Below are positions 7,889 to 17,131 of a stretch of 24,415 nucleotides of DNA, piece after piece. A program made the translations under genes and the position numbers. The stretch's first letter is position 1, and every line of letters starts with the position of its first letter. The notes beneath the pieces were generated by a model that was given only the letters and a program-made list of their open reading frames with translations, had not been told where the DNA came from and made no database searches. The DNA lies in the sequence record SRR31156797_416. One strand, given 5' to 3'.

Positions 7889-10432
7889 TTACTCAAACTC
7901 GTCGAACGAATAGCTCACAGAAGTATTGAGGTAGATCAGGTAGGCACTGCCAGGTTGTAAATAAAGAAGGGTGTAAATTTCCATTGCAGGCCAGTAGGTA
8001 AGGGTACCTGCAATTTCTTTAATCAACACAAGCGATCCGGATAAATCCTCTTCAAATTCTTCAGCCTGCAACGGCAAGTTTGAAAGTACGGGTAAGTAAT
8101 TCCATCCGGAATCAAGGTTTATGGTATTGGGTTGTGTGTAAAATCCCGGTGTATCAAGGCTTGTATTGCCATTCATTTTAATGATGTATCCTTGATTTAT
8201 ATCCAGGTTTTCCAAAGTGTTTATACCAGCTGAAGGCCAGTAAATGCCGGATTCACCAATCAGGATTTCCAAATCCCCACCAACAGGTTCAAAAAGTGTT
8301 TCGATACTGTTGTCGGCTGGTTCAAGGAAAATTGAGATTCCACTCCAGCCTTCGTCAAGCTGAATTACCTGATGGCCGTAACAACTCACCTGAGCTTTCC
8401 ATCCGGGCTTTGTTACACTGATATCCGAGTGAAATTCAAATGTAAGGGCTCCTTCAGGGTTTGTTGCTGTGAAGCTCCCCGGAAGATCATCACCACAAAA
8501 GGTGCCCAAAAGTGAGGCAGCAGTTGAGTTGCCATCATAAATATTAAGCCAGTCGTAGTTGCAGCTGGTTTGATCTTCAACATTAAATTCCATGAAAGAA
8601 ACATTTACCATGGCATTTGAAATTGCCGGAAAAAAAGTCAGCACATCGTTTTCATTATCCTGGTAGTTGTCATCCTCTCCTCCTGAATCATAAAATAATG
8701 CATGAACAACCGTTGCTGTTTGAGTTGTCATGTTATATGCGTTGAGTACCTCGATATGGTCTTCCATTACCACTGTTGAAGTTTCTCCGAGGTTGTTTTT
8801 TATCGTGAGTGTAACATCAAAATTACCTGCCGCCGAATAGGAAATTCCTGAGGGATTACTCAGGTTGGATGTTTCGGGTGTTCCTCCTTCAAAGGTCCAT
8901 TGCCATGAGGTTGGGTTTCCGGTTGACTCGTCATCAAAATCAACGGTACCTCCAATGGAAATCTCCGAATCAGATGTACCGAACATTGCATTGAGTTCAC
9001 CAGTACTTAAGGTTATATCCAGTGGTGTTTTTGTGTACTTCTGAACGATTACATTTTGGATAGTAACCGGCATATAACCATCTGCCGAGAATGTGATGTT
9101 GTAACTACCTTCTTCAAGGAGTCGCTGGTAAAATCCGTTATCATCAGCATATATCCATGAGTTGTCTTCATCATGCCCGTTGATGTAAACCTTGGCTTCG
9201 AGTGGATCACCGGTCACATCATCAGTTACTGTCCCAGAGACCCCGTAGTTGCATTGTTTGATATAATTGATCAGCGATCTGTAATTCCATTCCCAGTGGT
9301 TTTCCAGTTGGCTTTCTGCAAGTTTTTTAGTGTTCGAAAGCTCCATTGTCACTTCACGACAATGATGATAATAGTTCATATAATCCTGCCTGCCACCGCT
9401 GATTGTGTACCAGGCATAGCCATTGGTAATTCCATCATCGAAACCATCCATGTAATAGGCAGGAGCATACTGATGGACCGTGTCGGCATATTCACGGCTC
9501 ACAAATTCCCACCAGTCATCTTCGGCGGTAAGGTGCTGCCAGGTATCCCAGGGGTAGTTGATCACCTCGGCACCACTATGCATGTTGGCCGACATCACAA
9601 AATGGTTATCTTCTGCAAGTTGCATAAATGCCAGCGTTTCTGCCTGCCAGGGATTGCCGTCAGGGTGGGGCCCATCGTCAGGGTCAGGATAATTGCGGTT
9701 GAGGTTTACATTATTGGCATTATAGCGAATTGAACTCCAAACGGTATGATTCCCTCCATAATAAGTGCCATCGGGATTGGCCAGCGGATTGATCCAAATT
9801 TCTGTATTGTTTACCAGTTCAGTAATTTCCGGGTCGGTTCCATAATTACTCAGCAGAAAATCCGCTAACCGGAGCAGCAGCACATAGCCAACCAATTCAT
9901 CACCATGCATGGTTCCGGTATACAAAAACTGTGGTTCAGCTTCCCTGATCGAAATATTGTCGGAGATTTTTACCATCATCAATTTACGTCCTTCCTCACT
10001 ATAGCCTATTGTAAGGGTATCGCAAATTTCAGGGTAGTCGGTGGCAAATTGTGTCATCATGTCGAGGTAGGCATCGTAGGTTGGGTAAAAATCCCAGCTT
10101 TCTATTTCGCGAATATTTACTTTGTTCATCATTTTTGGCTTGAATGATGAATCCTCAAATTTTGAATTTTGCTGCCATGGAAGGCCAAGTTTTAGAAATG
10201 ATTCAAATTCAAAATTATTGGCATGTGCAAAAATCCGGCCCGGTTCTGTTTTATCTATCGAAACAACCCGTTGTAGTTGTTTAATCAAGTTGGGGTTGGT
10301 ATTTGTTTCAACTGTAAAATAAATGATGTCAGCGTTACTTTTCAGGGCTTGGGTATGACGATCCTGTGAAAAGGATTCAAGTGGAAATACCACGGATATA
10401 AGCATTAGCGCGATAATGAGGCATGGTTTCAT
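7889..10432 (-). CDS. Secreted M14 zinc carboxypeptidase with carboxypeptidase-regulatory-like, PKD, CUB and duplicated C-terminal domains
   Basis: Signal peptide; HGDE zinc motif, NPDG, RYNANNVNLNRNYP, NMHSGAEVINYPWD, GGRQDY and TMELS; PKD (GNPTSWQWTFEGGTP); CUB (FYDSGG...CNYDWLNIYDG...GWKA). Confidence 0.92.
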   Translation of the reverse strand: MKPCLIIALMLISVVFPLESFSQDRHTQALKSNADIIYFTVETNTNPNLIKQLQRVVSIDKTEPGRIFAHANNFEFESFLKLGLPWQQNSKFEDSSFKPKMMNKVNIREIESWDFYPTYDAYLDMMTQFATDYPEICDTLTIGYSEEGRKLMMVKISDNISIREAEPQFLYTGTMHGDELVGYVLLLRLADFLLSNYGTDPEITELVNNTEIWINPLANPDGTYYGGNHTVWSSIRYNANNVNLNRNYPDPDDGPHPDGNPWQAETLAFMQLAEDNHFVMSANMHSGAEVINYPWDTWQHLTAEDDWWEFVSREYADTVHQYAPAYYMDGFDDGITNGYAWYTISGGRQDYMNYYHHCREVTMELSNTKKLAESQLENHWEWNYRSLINYIKQCNYGVSGTVTDDVTGDPLEAKVYINGHDEDNSWIYADDNGFYQRLLEEGSYNITFSADGYMPVTIQNVIVQKYTKTPLDITLSTGELNAMFGTSDSEISIGGTVDFDDESTGNPTSWQWTFEGGTPETSNLSNPSGISYSAAGNFDVTLTIKNNLGETSTVVMEDHIEVLNAYNMTTQTATVVHALFYDSGGEDDNYQDNENDVLTFFPAISNAMVNVSFMEFNVEDQTSCNYDWLNIYDGNSTAASLLGTFCGDDLPGSFTATNPEGALTFEFHSDISVTKPGWKAQVSCYGHQVIQLDEGWSGISIFLEPADNSIETLFEPVGGDLEILIGESGIYWPSAGINTLENLDINQGYIIKMNGNTSLDTPGFYTQPNTINLDSGWNYLPVLSNLPLQAEEFEEDLSGSLVLIKEIAGTLTYWPAMEIYTLLYLQPGSAYLIYLNTSVSYSFDEFE

Positions 10433-10451
10433 GGCAGTGGATTTGATCCTT

Positions 10452-10459
10452 CAAATTTA
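10452..10459 (-). promoter_or_regulatory. Candidate -7 box (TAAATTTG) for the M14 peptidase
   Basis: TAnnTTTG about 20 nt upstream of the ATG. Confidence 0.45.
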
Positions 10460-10529
10460 AGACAAAAATCTAACCTGACGGGATTTTAAGCGGGTAACAG
10501 AATTCTAAAAGCAATTCAAACCGGAAAAT

Positions 10530-11612
10530 TTATCTGGTCCTTTGGATGTAAAGATAAATGCCAATGATGCCGAAAACGATATTGGGCAGCCAGGCCGCCA
10601 GTCCGGGTGAGAGATTGCCCGAGACGGCAAAGACTGTGGAAACCTGCATGATAAGTATGAAAAGGAATGCAAGTCCGATGCCAAGCCCAAGGTGCAGCCC
10701 GATACCTCCGCGCACTTTTCGAGAGGACAGTGAAACCCCGATAAGGGTCATTACCAGTGTCGCAAAAGGGAAAGCGATGCGTTTGTGTTTTTCAACCTCG
10801 TAGTCCTGGATACGCGGATTACCTTTCAATTTCTGTTCGTTGATATAATCCCTGATTTCGAAGTAGTTCATAACCTCAAAATCCTCTTTTTTAATGAAAA
10901 GGTCCGAAGGCAAAAGGTTTATCAACGTGTCGAGTTGTGCGCCTTTCCGTAGCTTTTCGTGCTGCCCGTTTATATCGCGGATGTAATAATTGTAAATCCT
11001 CCACTTGCCCGAAGCCGAATCATATACCATTTTACCGGCGTTCAGCTTAAAAACCAGGCTACGGTCTTCTTTTAATTTTTCGAGCGAGAATCGTTGCCCC
11101 GTGTTGGTGTGCAGGTTGAATGATTCAACATAAGCATATGTACCGGGCGATATTTGAAGATGGATGTTGTGATCCTTACTCTGGCTGAGATTTTCGATGT
11201 AGCGGTCCTTAAATTCCCTGCGGGTTATGTTGGCCTCCGGAATCACAAAGTTGGCCAGGTAAAACGACATAATCGTAAGGAAGAATGCCGAAAGCATGTA
11301 GGGGAATAACAGCCGGTTGAAACTTACTCCACTACTCAGGATTGCAATGATCTCGGTGTTCATGGCCAGTTTGGAAGTGAAGAAAATTACAGCAATAAAC
11401 GTGAACAGGTAGCTGAACATGTTCACGAAAAACGGAATAAAATTCATGTAATGCTGGAAAACGATCTTCCTGAACGGGGCTTCATTTTCGATGAAGTCGT
11501 CTATTTTTTCGGAGATGTCGAAAACAATGATGATAACCGTGAGCAGGGCAATGGAATAGAAAAAGGTCCCTAAAAACTTTTTAATGATGTACCAGTCGAA
11601 CTTTTTGATCAT
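10530..11612 (-). CDS. LptF/LptG family LPS export permease (probably LptG)
   Basis: KKFDWYIIKKFLGTFF, NTEIIAILSSGVSF.RLL.PY, a central periplasmic beta-rich domain, KRIAFPF and AAWLPNIVFG. Confidence 0.92.
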   Translation of the reverse strand: MIKKFDWYIIKKFLGTFFYSIALLTVIIIVFDISEKIDDFIENEAPFRKIVFQHYMNFIPFFVNMFSYLFTFIAVIFFTSKLAMNTEIIAILSSGVSFNRLLFPYMLSAFFLTIMSFYLANFVIPEANITRREFKDRYIENLSQSKDHNIHLQISPGTYAYVESFNLHTNTGQRFSLEKLKEDRSLVFKLNAGKMVYDSASGKWRIYNYYIRDINGQHEKLRKGAQLDTLINLLPSDLFIKKEDFEVMNYFEIRDYINEQKLKGNPRIQDYEVEKHKRIAFPFATLVMTLIGVSLSSRKVRGGIGLHLGLGIGLAFLFILIMQVSTVFAVSGNLSPGLAAWLPNIVFGIIGIYLYIQRTR

Positions 11613-11637
11613 TTACCTGCTGTTATTTTTTACAAAG

Positions 11638-13242
11638 CTAATCCAGAAATCGTACCAGGTACAATTTACGCTTTTCAAAGTAGATATTGTATTCGAAAAG
11701 TGTTTCGAAGTTTTCACCTTCTAAAAACTTTCCTTCGGTGAGGTAAAGCGCTCCGGGGATGTTTTTATTATCAGCGATACTTAATATTTCCATTCTTTCG
11801 CGGGTTATGTAAAAAGTATTGGGATTATCGCGGATGGTTCCCAGATAAAGATACAGCGGCTTTCCTTTGGTCATTTTAGCCATTTCGATGGCATCGTCAA
11901 CATAGGGTTTCAGGTGGTTTTCGCGTGGTGGAAAAACAAACCAGTCGAATCCGATGCGCAGGATCAGCAGCATACTCACAAATATAATCATGCGATGTTG
12001 CCGGATTTTGAAAAATAAAAAGGTTATGATGCCTGCACCTGCAAAAATCAATATGCTTTTTAGCCAAATGTGTGGAATGCCTTGCGTATCAGGGTGAAAC
12101 GGAGCATATAAAATCCCAAAGGTGGCAACGATGCTCACCACCAGTAAAACCACTTCCAGAATTTTTCTCATTAGTTTTTGTTCATCCTGTTTCCAGACGG
12201 CAAAGTGACTGAAAATGACAAATAGCAATGGCGCCAACATCAGGATGAAGCGGGGGTATACTTCAGGTGAGGTCCAGTAAATGGGAATGTTGGCAGCAAA
12301 TACCATGAAGTTGTATTTGAGAAAAGGATTTCTGAATATTTCCCGTATGGCTTTTTTTGAAAGCAGGAAAATGATGAACAGTGACCATGGGGCAAAGTGA
12401 TAAACCTGCTCGATGGGGAAAGTGAAAAGATGGCCAAATGTGCGCCACCAGCCATACCTGACCACTGTTCGTTTGGTGGATTCGGTGAGCAGGTTGGGCA
12501 ATAATTCTTCAAGTGTATTGTAGCCGCTGTAAATGTAGTAGTATAAAAAGAGAAGCCCCGCAAAAATGAAAAACCCAAGGAAATGCTGCCAGGCAAAAAG
12601 GCGCTTAAAATCTTTTTTGTAGATGAAGAAAACCAGGAGTGTAATTCCCTGAAAAGCCACGGATGGCAATGCTTTCATCATAAAGGCTGCTGTGGTGAGC
12701 AGGTACGAAATCACAAAAAGCGCCAGGTATTTTTTCTTTTCGTAATAATGATATATCAACATGAAATTCAGGTATATCACCCACGAAAACGTGATGTCGA
12801 TGAGTGCAATAAAGGAGTCCCACAGCAGGATACGGCCACAGGTAATGAACATGAAAGCATTGAACAGGGCAAATCTTTTATTGTAGTGCTTTTTTACAAA
12901 ATGATAAATCGTGTAGCCAAAAACCAGCAGTGCCACCACCGTAACCGATCGCATGGTAAAAAGGGAATGATCACCGGTGAGTTTAAAAAACAAAATAATG
13001 ATCCAGTTGAAAAGTGGTGGTTTGTTATAATAGAATTCGCCGTTCAGGGTTGGGACGATATAATTATCAGAGATCATCATTTCCAGCGCTACCAGGCCGC
13101 GGATGGCTTCATCGGGCACAAAGCTGATGGGCACCATGCCAAGGTTGATCAGAAAAGCCGGAAAAAAGAGGATACCTGCAAGGAGGTAGAAAAAATATGG
13201 ATTTCGCTGAAAATATTCCTTTAAGCCCTTCATACCAGTCAT
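11638..13242 (-). CDS. ArnT/PMT-like GT-C fold glycosyltransferase (GT83/GT39)
   Basis: PDE..RGLVALEMM.S.NYIVPTLNGEFYYNKPPLFNW, many TM helices and PWS. The start could be 13233. Confidence 0.9.
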   Translation of the reverse strand: MTGMKGLKEYFQRNPYFFYLLAGILFFPAFLINLGMVPISFVPDEAIRGLVALEMMISDNYIVPTLNGEFYYNKPPLFNWIIILFFKLTGDHSLFTMRSVTVVALLVFGYTIYHFVKKHYNKRFALFNAFMFITCGRILLWDSFIALIDITFSWVIYLNFMLIYHYYEKKKYLALFVISYLLTTAAFMMKALPSVAFQGITLLVFFIYKKDFKRLFAWQHFLGFFIFAGLLFLYYYIYSGYNTLEELLPNLLTESTKRTVVRYGWWRTFGHLFTFPIEQVYHFAPWSLFIIFLLSKKAIREIFRNPFLKYNFMVFAANIPIYWTSPEVYPRFILMLAPLLFVIFSHFAVWKQDEQKLMRKILEVVLLVVSIVATFGILYAPFHPDTQGIPHIWLKSILIFAGAGIITFLFFKIRQHRMIIFVSMLLILRIGFDWFVFPPRENHLKPYVDDAIEMAKMTKGKPLYLYLGTIRDNPNTFYITRERMEILSIADNKNIPGALYLTEGKFLEGENFETLFEYNIYFEKRKLYLVRFLD

Positions 13243-13370
13243 TAAAAATTTGTGCGAAAATATGGGTTTTCAGGAATCGGTTTCCGGAAAGGTAAAAAAA
13301 TGTTACCTGCATTATTGTGATGCAGCACAATTATTCTTTAGATGGTAACTACTTTAGTGTCAGTTGGGAT

Positions 13371-13604
13371 TTATTTTCCGTTTGTCCTGTACTGAAATAC
13401 ATATTTAAACGGAAGGGTGTCCCAGTAATCGACCATGGTAAACTGTACACCGCCTTCAAAAAGCTTATTGGTGATCTCTCCCTGAAATTCGTCAACTGAA
13501 ATTTTAGCTTCACACTCCTTGTTTTCTGTGTCCACGTAAATATCGCTGGCCGACTCGAATAATTTACGGAGCGAATTGGTTACCTTGTTTACTTCAGTAT
13601 TCAT
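13371..13604 (-). CDS. Hypothetical small soluble protein (77 aa)
   Basis: ATG start, protein-like composition, sits in a gap between genes, and has a TATTTTTG -7 box at 13622-13629 just upstream. Confidence 0.7.
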   Translation of the reverse strand: MNTEVNKVTNSLRKLFESASDIYVDTENKECEAKISVDEFQGEITNKLFEGGVQFTMVDYWDTLPFKYVFQYRTNGK

Positions 13605-13791
13605 TATCGTAAAATTTTGCGCAAAAATATCTCATGCGGTTGAGCTACACTTAAAATGAATATTAAATTTTGATTAAGTATTTTGTATCCTGGATATCCC
13701 ATCCTGTCAGCACTTTCTTACTGAAAAGGACGAAAAGTCTAAATACATTCGATACCCATATAAAAACCCGGGCACCACGGGAAATAAATTA

Positions 13792-13800
13792 TAAGTTTGC
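13792..13800 (+). promoter_or_regulatory. Sigma-A -7 box (TAAGTTTGC) for the flippase-like gene
   Basis: Consensus match. It overlaps the track's TTG start at 13797, which implies a later true start. Confidence 0.6.
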
Positions 13801-13844
13801 AGCCGTTTTTTATCCAGGGAATTCATCAACGAAAATCAGGCACT

Positions 13845-14702
13845 TTGAAGATCAACATTCATCGCCATGTAAAAACCGCTTTAAAAATTATTATTTCGCT
13901 GGGCATCCTTGGTTTTGTGCTTTGCAAAATCGATACAGCGGAATTGCTTAAAGTTTTTGGGCGTGTAAACTTGCTTTACCTGTTGCCCGCGGGTTTATTT
14001 TTTGCTTTCTCCAAGCTGGTGGCTGCCTATCGACTTAACAGGTTTTTGCATAGAACCGGCGTGGATATCAGTGATGCTATCAATATCAGGTTGTATTTGC
14101 TGGGTATGTTTTACAACCTGTTTTTACCTGGTGGCATCGGCGGCGATGGTTACAAAATCTGGTTGTTGAACAAGCGGTTTGATGTAAAGGCTAAAAATAT
14201 TTTCTGGGCCATCCTCCTCGATCGTGTGATGGGCCTGCTCGCTTTGTTTTGCCTGGCTGCCGGGCTTGCTGTTTTTATCCCGATCCCTGAAATTTACCGG
14301 AAATTCGTTTGGTTGTTGATACCGCTTGGCGTAGCGGCATTTTATATTTTCATCAAATTATGGTTCTCAAAATTCCTCAGGATTTTTTTTCTGGCGCTTG
14401 GCCAGTCGTTTGTTGTACAAGTTTCACAGGTTGTTTCAGCGCTGTTTATTTTGATGTCGATTGGGGTTTTTGATGAGCTGTACGAATATATTTTCGTCTT
14501 TCTGTTGTCTTCCATCGTAGCGGCATTTCCAATGACCATTGGGGGGATTGGCTCCAGGGAGATCACTTTTCTGTTTGGTGCCGAACTGATGCAATTGGAC
14601 ATCAGCAATTCCATCGCACTAAGCCTCCTGTTTTACATCATTACAGCTATCGTTTCCTTATCCGGAATATACTACAGCATAAGGGATGACAAGCTGAAGT
14701 GA
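13845..14702 (+). CDS. Lysylphosphatidylglycerol synthase TM / flippase-like (UPF0104) membrane protein
   Basis: LYLLGMFYNLFLPGGIGGDGYK, LLDRVMGL and PMTIGGIGSRE. The in-frame TTG at 13845 is preferred over 13797. Confidence 0.88.
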   Translation: MKINIHRHVKTALKIIISLGILGFVLCKIDTAELLKVFGRVNLLYLLPAGLFFAFSKLVAAYRLNRFLHRTGVDISDAINIRLYLLGMFYNLFLPGGIGGDGYKIWLLNKRFDVKAKNIFWAILLDRVMGLLALFCLAAGLAVFIPIPEIYRKFVWLLIPLGVAAFYIFIKLWFSKFLRIFFLALGQSFVVQVSQVVSALFILMSIGVFDELYEYIFVFLLSSIVAAFPMTIGGIGSREITFLFGAELMQLDISNSIALSLLFYIITAIVSLSGIYYSIRDDKLK

Positions 14703-14728
14703 TCCGGAAATCTTAGTTATGCTGAAGT

Positions 14729-14912
14729 TAAACATGCGACTCCACTGGAGTCGTGATTCTGTTAAATCTGATGATTTTTATAAATATGCAATCCCTCCGG
14801 GATTGTGGAGTTTGGCCTTTTGAATTGGATGTAAGACCTCGGAGAGGTCAAATGTGTATAGAAGAAGGTGATCCCGTAAAACACAAACGACTCCGTTAGG
14901 AGTCGAATCTAA
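14729..14912. repeat. Cluster of four short palindromes (REP/REPIN-like) in mirrored arrangement
   Basis: CGACTCC-ACT-GGAGTCG at 14737-14753, CAATCCC-TCC-GGGATTG at 14789-14805, GACCTC-GGA-GAGGTC at 14835-14849 and CGACTCC-GTTA-GGAGTCG at 14888-14905. Confidence 0.8.
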
Positions 14913-14966
14913 GCACCATGTATTTTTTAATTTGCTACAATAGCAGGGATGATAAACTGAAATAAT

Positions 14967-16790
14967 TCAGGATTTTGATGCTGTTGTGGATTGTGATCTG
15001 GATTCCTGCACCATGGCAATGATGGTGTACCCCGGTTTTGGCTTCAAAGTGTTTTCGGTTGTTGGAACAAGCAGGTCCCTGTTCTCATTGATAAAAAACA
15101 ACGGTATTGCTTCTTCACCATACAGTTTCCTGAAGTCTTCAAAGCTAAATTCTTTGGTGAGCTTGGTGGCTTTTACCACTGCTCCGGAATAGAAATAGCT
15201 TCGTATTTTACTGTACGTAATGCCTTTTCCAAATAAATAACGCCCTTGTAAATGTTTGGGTGAATAATCATTTTCTTTGCCTTTATCAGCTATGTACGGG
15301 ATTAACTGATACAATTCCTGCCTGTCGTAAACTTCGCCAAACCGGAGTACCGTCAGGGAGTTGATCTCGTCGTTGGAGGTTAAAGCAAGCACTTTTCCAA
15401 TTCCTCCAAGTGCAATATTCTCCACTACATATTCTGACATGATGCTGCCGTAATAACTGTTTATTCCGGCCATCTTAGCTTTGTTTACATCACTTTGGTT
15501 TGTATCAACCATCACCACTTTGAATCCTTCAGATTTGATTAACCTGGCTATTTCGAGTGCCCAGGTATGCGCCCCAACAATTAGCAGGCCCTGAGCATCT
15601 GATTCGGCAACTCCCAATTTCCTTGCAATAGGGGTGGAGGTTAATCCATAAATGACAACCGTACCAACAATTATGATAAATGTTACGGGTACAAGAGCTT
15701 CAGCACCTTCCATTCCAATCTCGATTAATCGTAATGCGAAAATTGAGGAAACCGCAGCTGCCACAATTCCGCGGGGAGCAATCCACGAAAGAAAGATTTT
15801 TTCGCGTAGGTTTATTTTCTTTCCCAGGGTTGAAAAGAACACCGACAGCGGCCGTGCTGCAAATATCAGCAATGCCAGGAATAACCCGCTTTCAACCGAA
15901 ACAAAATCCAAAGAGGATGGGTCAAGGCGGGCAGATAAAATAATAAACAATACAGAGATGATCAGGATGCGGAGGTTTTCTTTGAATTCCAGGATATGTT
16001 TTACCGAAACATAGCGCTGGTTGGCCATGATGATGCCCATCAGGGTTGTGGAGAAAAGGCCTGATTCGGGCTGAAAAATATCTGACAGCATATAAGCAGC
16101 AATTACCAGAGATAGTGTTACGGTTTCCTGCAGGAAGTCAGGCACCCAATATTTGCGGAGCAGAAACAGCAATAACCATGCAAAGGCCAGTCCGATCAAT
16201 CCACCAAATAAAATGGTCTTCCCAAGGCTAATCAGTACCATGGCGGTAGCATTTTGGATTTCCCCAACCAGGATGGCCTCAAAAACCAGAACTGCCAGCA
16301 GCGCGCCGATCGGATCAATAACGATGCCCTCCCATTTGAGGATGTCGTTCACCTTTCCGGTTGGCCTGATGTGCCGGAGCAATGGCCCGATAACCGTGGG
16401 GCCGGTTACCACAAGGATAGCTCCCAGGAGGATTGAAATCTGGATGTTGAGTCCCAGAATGAAGTAAGCTCCAGTGGCCCCAATGATCCAGGTGATCAGC
16501 GCCCCGATTGAAATCAGACTCAACAATGTTGGACCGATCTCGCGAAGCTCTTTGATATTCAGGGTTAAACCGCCCTCAAAAAGAATAACTGCAACTGCCA
16601 GGGTAACAAAAGGCAGCAACATTTCACCCATAAGCTGATCGGGGTTAAGGAACCCGGTAACAGGCCCGGCAAGGAAACCAAAAATCAAAAGGAAGACTAT
16701 AGATGGAAATCGCAATCTCCACGCCAACCATTGCGCCCCAATGCCCAAAATCACCAACCCGGCAAGGTTTATAAGTACTTCTTCCGACAT
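14967..16790 (-). CDS. CPA1 (NhaP-type) cation/H+ antiporter with C-terminal RCK/TrkA-N-like domain
   Basis: GIGAQWLAWRLRFPSI, AVILFEGGL, VTGPTVIGPLLRHIRP, WEGIVIDPIGA and APRGIVAAAVS; cytoplasmic GLLIVGA Rossmann-like domain. Confidence 0.93.
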   Translation of the reverse strand: MSEEVLINLAGLVILGIGAQWLAWRLRFPSIVFLLIFGFLAGPVTGFLNPDQLMGEMLLPFVTLAVAVILFEGGLTLNIKELREIGPTLLSLISIGALITWIIGATGAYFILGLNIQISILLGAILVVTGPTVIGPLLRHIRPTGKVNDILKWEGIVIDPIGALLAVLVFEAILVGEIQNATAMVLISLGKTILFGGLIGLAFAWLLLFLLRKYWVPDFLQETVTLSLVIAAYMLSDIFQPESGLFSTTLMGIIMANQRYVSVKHILEFKENLRILIISVLFIILSARLDPSSLDFVSVESGLFLALLIFAARPLSVFFSTLGKKINLREKIFLSWIAPRGIVAAAVSSIFALRLIEIGMEGAEALVPVTFIIIVGTVVIYGLTSTPIARKLGVAESDAQGLLIVGAHTWALEIARLIKSEGFKVVMVDTNQSDVNKAKMAGINSYYGSIMSEYVVENIALGGIGKVLALTSNDEINSLTVLRFGEVYDRQELYQLIPYIADKGKENDYSPKHLQGRYLFGKGITYSKIRSYFYSGAVVKATKLTKEFSFEDFRKLYGEEAIPLFFINENRDLLVPTTENTLKPKPGYTIIAMVQESRSQSTTASKS

Positions 16791-16995
16791 ACAATTTGCA
16801 GTTTAAAATTTCTTCATTTATAATTTTTTCCTAAGAAATCAATACAACAACCCAAAGTGGGTTATGTTAAAAATTACCTGCATGGATTGTTAGGAAAATG
16901 AATTGAGATGGAAAATCAGATTTCAAAATAGGATGGTAGAGCGACCAAAAATTTTCAGACAAATGAAAATTCTCGCGAATACTTTTATAGCTGGA

Positions 16996-17079
16996 TCAAA
17001 TCAGGCTATCCACCGAAAACAAAATCAACACCAGCATCAGGAAAAGGTTGATTTCCGTGAAAGCTTTATGGAGGCTAAA
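16996..17079 (-). pseudogene. Orphan, diverged copy of the last ~28 codons of heme O synthase (direct repeat of 17881-17964)
   Basis: It translates to FSLHKAFTEINLFLMLVLILFSVDSLI*, against FNLSKAFMEINLFLMLVLILFSVDSLI* in the intact gene. By manual alignment 63 of 72 nt are identical over 16996-17067 vs 17881-17952. Confidence 0.9.
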
Positions 17080-17131
17080 TCTATTGTTGGTAACAAACGT
17101 AGAGGCAACGGGACATGTTAAATATTTTTAT

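Noticed and set aside
14729-14912. Possible CRISPR array or integron attC sites
   Set aside because: The units differ in sequence and flip orientation, there are no attC GTTRRRY boxes, and no cas or integrase gene is present.
16845-16872. dif-like site: TTATGTTAAAA (XerD-arm-like) at 16862-16872, with a weaker ACATGTTAAAT at 17113-17123 near the TA cassette
   Set aside because: The positions of the XerC arm (CAACAACCCAA and AACGTAGAGGC) lack the conserved ATAA inner end. The first site is equally explained by a local AACCCA-AAG-TGGGTT inverted repeat. Not enough evidence to call dif or pdif.
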